A stretch of 64,000 nt of DNA. Source: Octopus sinensis. Lineage: Eukaryota. Below, one piece after another: positions 12,710 through 64,000 of the stretch. Made by a program: the position numbers and the translations under genes. The stretch lies in assembly GCF_006345805.1 (NCBI RefSeq), contig NC_043001.1, positions 50,344,001 to 50,408,000 of the forward strand. The letters run 5' to 3'. Every line of letters starts with the position of its first letter. Position 1 is the stretch's first letter. The notes beneath the pieces are model-generated. The model saw nothing but the letters and a program-made list of their open reading frames with translations, was not told the DNA's origin and made no database searches.

Positions 12710-13825
12710 GACTGAGAAAAAATTTGAATTTGACGGCATCTGTGCAGAGGCTAGTAAAGATATTGGCATGGAACCTGGGATCGAGAAATGTAGTGTAATG
12801 ATTCTCAAAAGGGAGGAAATCAGTAAAAGCCATGGGATCAAGCTGGAAGGTGGTGAAACTATAAAGAAAATCGGAGAGGAAGGATATAAGTACCTGGGTA
12901 TCATTGAAAGAGATAAAATAAGATGAAAGAAATGTACAGGAAGGAATATTTAAGGAGAACTCGGCTGCTCCTCTAATCGAAGCTAAATGGCCGCTATAAG
13001 ATTAGAGCTATTAATATGTGGGCGGTTACTTTGATGAGATATGGTGCAGGAATAGTATCTTGGAAGAAGCATGGATTACAAGCGCTAGATTGAACACGCA
13101 AATTAATGACAATGAACAAGGAACTACACTCCAAGAGTAATGTATCAAGATTGTATGTAAAGAGGAAAGAAGGAGAACGGGTATAGGTGTATTGTGAAGG
13201 TTGTGTAAGGGAAGAGGAGAATATCCTGGCTTGGTATGTCAAGGAGAGTAAAGAAAAAATGATTGAAGCAGTGAAAATGCAGGGAATCTTAAAAAGTGAA
13301 CGAAGCCGTAGATCCAACACAATTTAAGAAAGATCAGAGAGAACAGACGAAGAAAATTTGGCAGAATAAGAAAATGCACAGTCAGTTCTTGAAGAATAAA
13401 GATGAGAGTGATGAGAATAGAACTTGGCAATGGTTGCAGAAAGGAAACTTAAAAGGGCCCACTGAGGCATTAGTATGCAGCACTAAAGAACAAGCACTCA
13501 GAACAAACTACTCCAAATATCACATTGATAAAAACACTGATTCGCCATAGTGTAGGATGTGCTATGAGAAGGGAGAAAGTATAAGCCATATTGTTAGTGA
13601 GTGCTGTAAGCTCGCACAACGCGAATACAAAAGGAGACACGACAATGTGGCCAGATCTGTCCACTGGCTGTTGTGCGGTAAAGCCAACCTTGAGAGAGCC
13701 GATCAATGGTATCAACACAAGCCAGAGGGAGTAATGGAAATCGAACATTACAAAATACTCTGAGATTTTAACATGCAGTGCGACCAAGTCATAGAGGCGA
13801 AACGACCACATATCGTTCTCAACCA
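12710..13825 (+). mobile_element. Second, distinct R4/Dong-clade fragment, degenerate
   Basis: DIGMEPGIEKC, YKYLGIIE, SKLNGRYKIRAIN, WQWLQKGNLKGPTEAL..STKEQALRTN, C..C..KGESISHIVSEC, EYKRRHDNVA, KRPHIVL; starts at (TAA)n and is cut at 13825. Confidence 0.85.
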
Positions 13826-14300
13826 TAAAGATGAAGACGATATTACTTCATGCTCCACCAGTCGTCAGCCATCATATTTACATCCCATCTACCCTTGTAC
13901 CTTTTCTCCATGACTTTCCTGTGCAGAGGTGGGAATATGATTATCTTTATGTCAACAAGTGGATCATATAGAATGTTGGTATCACGAGGTTTCATGATCT
14001 TGGAGGCCTATTCATCTCCTTCCAATACATCACTCGAGCTCTACTGTTGAACATGTATAGAAAGTAAGGATATCTAGTGTATCTGAATTGCTGATCAATA
14101 AGGAAGCATATCATTTTAAGATCAACACAGATGATCCAGCTGTGTTTGTGATATTGCAACACCTCAATGGCTCTTTTTATGTCTCTATATCCTTCACGAA
14201 GACAAACTAAAGGCCCATTTGGAACTGCACCATATAAATTTCTATTGTGGAGGAGGATACACTTTACGCTTCTCTTCGAGCTATGAATGAAGAGTCAACA
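13826..14300 (-). mobile_element. CMC/Chapaev3-like transposase remnant with internal deletion
   Basis: Degenerate frames give ..LLHNRNLYG.VP.G, HSWIICVDLKM, NI..DPLVD..IIFPPLH joined to MEKRYKGRWDVNMMAD.WW. Family assignment is from memory of Chapaev3 motifs. Confidence 0.6.
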
Positions 14301-14359
14301 TTCAGTTGAGTTGTATGTCGGAATTTCCAATACCTCGGGGAAACCCTGCATGTTATGGT

Positions 14360-17150
14360 CAGTGGCGCAGCAAGGGTAAATGGTGCCCAGGGCAAAGCCA
14401 AAAGCGTCCCACCCCAATTTCCAAACCTAACCCATCCAACCTATTTTTAAGAGAAAACGAAACAGTTTATTTAGTCAGAAAATATTCATAAAATTTATTT
14501 ATTCAGAAAGTAGACATTGACTAGTTTAAAGGAGAGCCCTTCTAGCTTTCTTCAACGCGAAGTTGTCAATGATGCAATCGAAATTGGTGTTCTCCACTTT
14601 TCGCTCGATGCTCAGCAACACGAAGTCACGGAGTCTTCCTTGTGTCATAGAAGCTCGCTGGAAGGACATGATCAGGTTCAGCTTGCTGAAGGATCTCTCG
14701 CAACCACCAATGGAAACAGCTACTGTCAGCAGAATCTGTATCGCGACGCGAAGGTTAGGGAACACACTTTCATTTCCATATTGGACGATAAATTGGAGAA
14801 GCTCCTCGGGATTTGATATTTGGAGGTGTTCGCGACCTGCAAAAAAGTATTCTTTAATGGAGAATTTCTTCGAAAAGTTCGGTTGCATCGATATCGTTGC
14901 TGTAGACGTTTCCAAAGGTATTGCAACATTTCCGGAGATCCGTAAATCTGCCATTACGCAGAAATTGGACATCGATAAACCAAGCAATGCGAATAATTCG
15001 TAATGGAGTATACGGTTAAACAACAAGTTAGCGCCGTTCCGTGTCTCAGTTATCTCGTTTTCATCGCCGACAATATCTTGTACAATAACTTCTACAATAA
15101 CTTGTAGAATTTCATCGATGTAGTTTCTTACGTTTTTAACTGCATTCATCCGAGCACTCCATCTCGTTTCAGATTGCTACTTAAGATCCACAGGCATTAT
15201 GGCCTTCAGTTTTTCCCAGCGGTGTGTCGAACAAAAAAAGAATACGTAGAGTGTTTCGACTGCGCCAAAAAATGCAGACATCACCAACTCGTGTTTAGCT
15301 GCGTATAGGCTGACTAAGTTTAACGAATGGTTGTCACAATTTATGAATAGGGCCAATTTGTTCTTTTCGTTGATGCTCTGCTGGACCCCGCTTCTATGCC
15401 CAGCCATCACAGCTGCATCATCATAGCACTGTAACCTTCAATCTTCCAGTGCCATTTCGTTATCTGCCAACTGCTTCAAAATTACATCAACTAAACTCTC
15501 CGCATCCTTTTCGCCCGCCTGAATGAACCCGAGGAAGCTTTCTCTCACGCGAACGCACTTTCTTTCGAAGTCAACTTCAACATATCTTACTACCTGCGAA
15601 ATCTGTTCATGATGTGCTCTATCAGGGGTTGTGTCGAACATGAGACCATAATACTTGGCCCTGCGAATGCCCTTTAGCAGATTCTGACGAACGGCTGATG
15701 CCATGAGGTAAATATATTCATTCTGAACATCGGGTGAAAGGTAAGATGTTGATCCAGGGTGACTCTCTACATAGCAAAGATGCTCTTTCATGACCGGATC
15801 TAAAAGTGGTCAAAAGCTTGAGTAAACCAAGAAAATTACTGACATTTGAGTCTTCAGTCAACTGAAGTAATTCCCTATGACCTCGCAAAGCTTAATTCTG
15901 AGTTGCAAGAAACCTAATGAAATGTAGAATTCTCGCCAAAACATCACGCCATCTTTGCTTTTCATGGTTGATTTGTGACTTGAGAGCAGCGTCAATGAAA
16001 TAATTGTTATCGGTTAGATTTCTTTCCAATTCTTTCCACTGTATCAGAGTATCTCAAAGATTCTTAGCGTTTTCATGAACCAACATTCGTTCAGGCGCTT
16101 TCCTCTGGTAAAATCCGTTTTCCTGCTCTAATGACGATTGATAATCTGATCGAGAAAAAAGTAGACAACACAAACAGAATGCAGACTTCTTTTGAAGGAA
16201 ATAGAATAGCCATGAGCGAAGAATTTCCTCACCTCGACCATTTCCCAATTTCCTTTTGAACCAGTTTTTATTCATTGAGCGGTTATTTGTTGGCAAGAAA
16301 GGTCCTTTACAGTTCTGAAAATATTTCCAGCCTAGCTTAACTATTTCTATCCTCCAATATTCAGGAACTATCGCCTTCCCGGCATTAGTGTCAAAATTAA
16401 GGAGCCCGATGTCATGCTGTTCGATCACGTCTTCAAGTGTAGTGTTAGTGTTTTCGACCGTATTGATTTCAGGTTTGCTTTCACCGTTGTCAGACTTAAG
16501 ACAATTGTCTTCTGCGTCTTTTTGAGGTGGACTGTTACACGAAGCAGCATTGGACAATAAAATGCGTGGTTGAACTCCAGGCGACCTCTTGGTAGGTGTT
16601 GAAGAACTATCGGCATGATTTACAAAGAGGGACATGAAGACTTTGCTCAACTTCTTAGATTCTTCTGCCTCCAACTTGCGTCATTTTCACCCTTCTGCTC
16701 CACTTTCTCTCTTAGTTAATGGTCTTTTCATGTTTTTATAACGATTTTCTAAAAGCAAGAAACCATTTCTTGAAAAAATCATGAAAAATTCAAACATAGC
16801 ACAGTGGTAGATTTGCCCGTTAAACACATCAAAATTATTTATCGAGCTAATTTTTTTAAAGTTTTGAATTTTTTGGCGGATATTGGCGCAACGTATGTCA
16901 ATGATTATAATGATCAATGTACGGCAGCGTATGACTGATAGGTGGAGTCATATGAAGCTTCCAATGCGTTGGTTCAATACGTTACAGCACAAGAACCAGT
17001 AATATGACCGGGCCATTAATCGCGTACATTCGATTGAATGCACATTCGCAAGATCTTTTCTATTTTTTAATGTCGTACTTATGAAAAATGACTGAGTTAT
17101 TATGAAAACACCTTTGCATAGACCATTTTTATTTCAAATATGTTCTAGGC
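14360..17150 (-). mobile_element. Degenerate hAT transposon (ZMYM1/DUF4371-type transposase with hATC dimerisation domain)
   Basis: ORF pieces 16054-16674 (TTF-like Zn finger), 15438-15791 (YLSPDVQNE, FD.TPD.AHHEQ), 15177-15410 and 14526-15149 (FPNL..AIQILLT..VS..GCERSFSKL). One hAT-style terminus CAGTGGCGCAGC at 14360; other end not found. Confidence 0.88.
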
Positions 17151-18908
17151 AAATCCACTCACAAGGCTTTGGTCGCTTGCCCAAGGTGCCACGCAGTGGG
17201 ACTGAACCCAGAACTCGGAACCTGCGCCTATATATAATAAAGTAGCAGTAAAATACTGGGCTTGATTGGATTAACTTAATCTATTCCTTCTAAATGTCTA
17301 AGTAAGAAATCTTTCATTAAATAACAGACAAAAATAGCTGCAGAAAAAAATTCAATTGATTAATAATTTAATACGAGATTTCACTAAATTAGTATTTTAT
17401 GCATTTTTTAATAGTAGTTGTATAAATGACGTTGGCACATACGCATAGCGACAGAGGGAAGTTAATAAAAAAAAAATTGGAAGTAAGTAGAGAATTATTT
17501 ATTTTAAGTATTTTAAAAATGTTGCTACATTAGTTTCGGCAATCTGCTTTCTGACATTGCTAAGAGAAACAAATGAATTTTACCGTGACATTTATGTCTA
17601 TTAGCACTTTCGCATACCTCTTGTTTTTACAATTCCGTTCACATCTAAAGGGATTTATATAAATATTAAATCAATCACCATACTTGACCAGTGTTGTATT
17701 TAATATCGACGCTGGAAGGATAAAAGGAAATAAATGACAAAATGAATGTGAACTCAGAATGTCCACTGAGCATTTTGTCCGATGCTCTAACATTTCTGCC
17801 CGGTCGTGCCGGACAAAATAGTTTGCGGTATTTGTTCCAGCTCTCAACGTTTTAAGCTCAAATTCTTCAAGATCAACTTCGCTTTTGTTTCCATCGGCCG
17901 TGTGCCTATAAAAAATGAATGTGAACCCAGGGCGTCCGTGATGCATAAATGATTCAGTCAGTCTTCCTCTTGAGGCAGAATTAAATATTTATGACATTGA
18001 GTCTATCTTTTAATGTTATACTCTTACAATTTCTATAGTTTGTGTCGTTTAATACAAACCCATGCAAAATGGATACAAATAGTAAAAGGGAGTGTTTAAA
18101 TGTTTTCCAATTACAACAGGAGTGTAACTGAAGTGAAAGAGCAATACGAGTATCCGAAAATCGAAAGTGAGTCACAGATGCATCACGGCTTTAATTAGCT
18201 TCGTTAGAAAAAAAAGTGTACTTTTTGAATCAGCAAATATCCCTATAAATTTTTTTTTTTTTTTTCGCAACTCCAGTTTTCTCAACATTTAAACATTTAG
18301 ATGATATGGCATAAATATGAAACAGGATTTTATGCTGGTCTCTCACAGATAGCTGTTCTCGAAGGAGGAACTGGACTTGATATTGCAAGAAGACAAAACA
18401 CTCATCAATGTTGCATTGTTGAAGCTGCTCGTGGTGGAGAATTATATACTTGTAGTATCTACTATCCCGCAAAGTCTGTTATAATTCCCTCTGTATCTAG
18501 GATGTTTTATAGGAATATCAAAACGAACACTGTACTTGAGTGGCACATTATATCATCTGCTCTCAAGATTACAAGCAAAGTTGATCTTGATAGATTTAAA
18601 CTCAGGATGTAAGGGCTGCAATTAGATGCTGCAGATATTTTTGTCAGATGTTTAACCTATTGATATCTTGGCTAGTTCGTATTCTGTCAACAACACTGTG
18701 TTGACAGAATACGAACCAACGATTTCTCGACTGGCAAAATTTTTCAATACAATTATTTTGGCTAGCTGCAGCTCTCATCCATATAATGAGATTATTAATA
18801 ATTGATTCAAATTTTGTTACAAGTCTAGCAATTTGGGAGTTGCTTGAGTAACAAATATTTTATGAACTTCATAAGGATGAAAGACAAAGGTGACCTGCGA
18901 GGTATTTG

Positions 18909-20070
18909 GGATCTTTTCCCTTTCAACAGCAGATCGAGAAATTAATTTTTTTGTAACTAAGCACTTTAAAAATTCGGACACTGGTAGAATGTCATAAAAT
19001 ATATTTTACTCTTAGTGTTGTTGAGAAAAGTTTATATTTTCAAAGTTATTTCGTGTTAAAGTTGTCGTATTTCGGTAATTTCAACCAATCAATGACGTGT
19101 ATTCAGCTGAATAAATTCCTGCCGTTGTCTGTCAACAACAACTATCGGCGGTGTATATTTCGTTTGTCACTGTTATTTATGACATCGTTCGTACGTTTGT
19201 ACTGGTTTTAGCTTTAGGGTTTTAGGGTTAGGGTTAGGGATATGGTTTTAGGGTTTTAGGGTTAGAGTTAGGGTTTTAGGGTTAGGGTTAGGGTTTTAGA
19301 GTTAGGGTTAGGGTTACGCTTAGGGTGTTAGGGTTTTAGAGTTAGGGTTAGGGTTACGCTTAGAGTGTTATGGTTAGGGTTTTAGAGTTAGGGTTAGGGT
19401 TAAGGTTTTAGGGTTAGGGTTAGGATTTTAGGTTAGGGTTTTAGAGTTAGGGTTAGGGGTTTAGGGTTAGGGGTTTAGGGTTAGGGTTAGGGTTGGGCTT
19501 TTAGGATTAGAGTTAAGGTAAAAAATGAAAAATGAAGAAGTTTGAGGGGGAGGGGAGGGGGGGTCAAAATTTTCAAAATTCCAATTTTTTGCAATGTTCC
19601 AGAAACTCCGTTTCCGAAAAGCTGGGCTTTTGGCAAAAAATAATTTAAAAAAAACAATAACTTGCGAGAAAATGGGCGGGGGAGGAAGTGTTTCCGAAAA
19701 TAGTAGCTGAAAAGCAGGAAAATAACCTAAATGCAGTAGAAATGCACGAACGATTATGGTGGTGCCATGAAGTAAATGTGCTTCAGATACACTCGTTTAT
19801 TCATAACAGTGACAAACGAAATATACACCGCCGGAAGTTGTTGACAGACAACAGCGGAATTTTATTCAACTGAATACACGTCATCGATTGGTTGAAATTT
19901 CCGAAATACAACAACTTTAACACGAAATAACTTTGAAAATATAAACTTTTCTCAACAACACTAAGAGTAAAAGATGTTTTATATGACACATTCAACCAGT
20001 GTCCGAAGTTTGAAAGTGTTTAGTTACAAAAAATTAATTTCTCGATCTGCCGTTGAAAGGGAAAAGATCC
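18909..20070. mobile_element. Non-autonomous TIR DNA element (268-bp TIRs, GGATC ends, 8-bp TSD) containing a TTAGGG array
   Basis: TIRs at 18909-19176 and 19803-20070; TSD GGTATTTG at 18901-18908 and 20071-20078; inserted into and splits a SINE. Confidence 0.92.
19214..19519 (+). repeat. Interstitial telomere-like (TTAGGG)n array, degenerate
   Basis: About 305 bp of TTAGGG/TTTTAGGG/TTAGAG units. Confidence 0.95.
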
Positions 20071-20648
20071 GGTATTTGAGCCCAGAACATAACGAGTCTG
20101 AAGAAATACAAGGCATTTTCCGACGCAGTAACGGTTCTGCCAGCTCGATGCCTTTGGTCTCAAGTTTTGGCACCAGGCCAGCAATTTTAGGGTTAGTCGA
20201 ATACACTGGCCCCAGTACTTTACTAGTACTTTAGTTTTTCGATCCCGAAAAGATGAAAGGTAATGTTAACCTTGGTAGGATTCGAACTCAGAAAAACTAC
20301 TAAGCATTTTATCTGACACTCTAATGTTTCTATCAGTTCGTGCCGGACAAAATACTTTGTGCTATTTGTTCCAGTTCTCTACGTTTTAAGCTCAAATTCC
20401 TCAAGGTTAAGTTTCTTCATCGCCCATACAAATAATAACAACCATTACTTTCAGTCGGTATGTCAAAGTAAAATGCTGTTATACAAACTATCTGTACTTC
20501 TAGCATCCCGACTTTTCATCGACTTTGCCTCTCATCTTTCCGGGGTTGATAAAAGTAGTCCCAGTCAGTCGAGCACTGGGATCAATTTAATCGACTTACC
20601 TCCAAGCCAGAAATTTCTGGCCTTGTACCAAAATTTGAAACCATTATC

Positions 20649-20711
<63 letters not shown>

Positions 20712-20868
20712 TCGTCTGTCTTTACCTTCTCAGTTCAAATCCCGCCGCGGCCAACTTTGTCTTTCATCCTTTCGGGGTCGATAAAATAAGTACCAGTTTA
20801 ACACTGAGGTTAATGTAACCGACTCTCTCCTTCCTCAAAATTGCTGCCTTTGTGGCAAAATTTAAAAC

Positions 20869-20913
<45 letters not shown>

Positions 20914-21234
20914 CATTATTATTATTATTACTATTGTTGTTGTTGTTGTAGTTATTATTATTATCTAAGTTAAAAGGATTATGTATGTTTGTATGTATGT
21001 ACTTATGTGAGCTTTCCTCATGCGTTCCTTCTTCCAATTAATTTTTTTTCAAACATTCATTCATTCTCTTCCCTCTTCGCTTTTACTGCTTCTCATTATT
21101 CTTTTTCCTGAATAAAAAAAAACTGAATAGTCTTAAAACGTGAATAGTCCATTTCAAATAGTCGTCTGAAACGATAAACTAATAACTTCCACTTTTCGTG
21201 CCGTTTGTCTCAATTCTTTTTAACAATTTGTGAT

Positions 21235-21313
<79 letters not shown>

Positions 21314-21387
21314 GTGTGTATTGACAGACAGACACGTGTCAATAATATTGAAATATGTTTTGGTATTTTTTTTAAAGCTTTTCTATG

Positions 21388-63235
<41,848 letters not shown>

Positions 63236-63778
63236 CTGGATTTAAAAGTAGATTAATATAAAAAGTTTAGCTGTGTATTCATAAAGAAAATAAAACACAA
63301 CTAGAGGAATCAATTACCTGTTAATCCACGAACACATGTTACATGTTCACACCATATATATATATATAGTTCATATACAAACTCGAACAGAAAATGTATA
63401 ATATTTGCTTTTATGTTCACTGATAATAAAAACAATTTTACATTAATCAGATACAAGAGCGGCAGACTTCAGAATACTTATTTTCGCTTAAATAACAGTC
63501 TGGGTGATTCCTAGAAAGCAGTAATGAGAAAACAATAATAGTGGAGGCAGAGCTGATTTCACTGTAAAATGATATTGAACGGAGGCCAAAGTTTTTAAAA
63601 ATTGTATTAGGATTTTTGATTGCTAAAGGGCGTTTCTGACTGATATCCAACCTAGTGAAACACAGTCAGATATACTTTATTGCCTTCCCAACGTCATATT
63701 CAGTAGAATGAGTCTTCAGTACAGTTGCCTAGCTTCTTTCTAAGCAAAGTAAAACCAGACTGAAAATTAATGAACGAT

Positions 63779-64000
63779 GGCGTAGGAGTGGCTGTGTGGT
63801 AAGTAGCTTGCTTACCAACCACAAGGTTTCAGGTTCAGTCCTACTGCGTAGCACCTTGGGCAAGTGTCTTCTACTATAGCATCGGGCCGACCAAAGCCTT
63901 GTGAGTAGATTTGGTAGACGGAAACTGAAAGAAGCCCGTCGTATATATATATATGTGTGTGTGTACGTGTGTGTGTATGTTTGTGTGTCTGTGTTTGTCC
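63779..64000 (+). mobile_element. SINE family A, truncated by window edge
   Basis: GGCGTAGGAGTGGCTGTGTGGTAAGTAGCTTGC head. Confidence 0.9.

Noticed and set aside
14526-16674. Domesticated ZMYM1-like host gene
   Set aside because: Intronless but broken by several stops and frameshifts, with a hAT terminus; consistent with a dead transposon.
19214-19519. True chromosome end or fusion scar
   Set aside because: The array is on one strand only, has no head-to-head TTAGGG/CCCTAA junction, and is enclosed by TIRs with a TSD.

Overview
Eukaryotic, AT-rich, microsatellite- and SINE-dense genomic DNA. The tRNA-derived SINE families and repeat landscape suggest a coleoid cephalopod, most likely Octopus (inference, no database search). 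One host gene dominates: a villin/advillin-like gene on the minus strand. I reconstructed 21 GT-AG exons from 63235 to the stop at 21388 (1977 nt, 658 aa in one continuous frame). They cover most of gelsolin domain G2, G3-G6 and a C-terminal villin headpiece; G1 and the start of G2 lie beyond the right edge. The introns and the left 21 kb are filled with transposon remains: R4/Dong-like, Tx1/L1-like, RTE and CRE-like LINE pieces, Gypsy pol, hAT, Chapaev-like, mariner and Tc1 elements, MITEs and SINEs. Four observations stand out. (1) Penelope-type hammerhead ribozymes: one intact copy lies sense to the villin pre-mRNA inside a ~980-bp near-perfect palindrome whose antisense arm could cage it, and two decayed relatives show stem covariation. 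(2) A TIR element family with GGATC ends and 8-bp TSDs carries internal TTAGGG telomeric repeats (two members). (3) There are many long intronic inverted repeats, which are candidate ADAR substrates. (4) The villin protein has lost the G4 type-2 Ca2+ ligands and has a variant headpiece. No rRNA, true tRNA or CRISPR array was seen. Nearly all short ORFs in the supplied track are microsatellite read-through.
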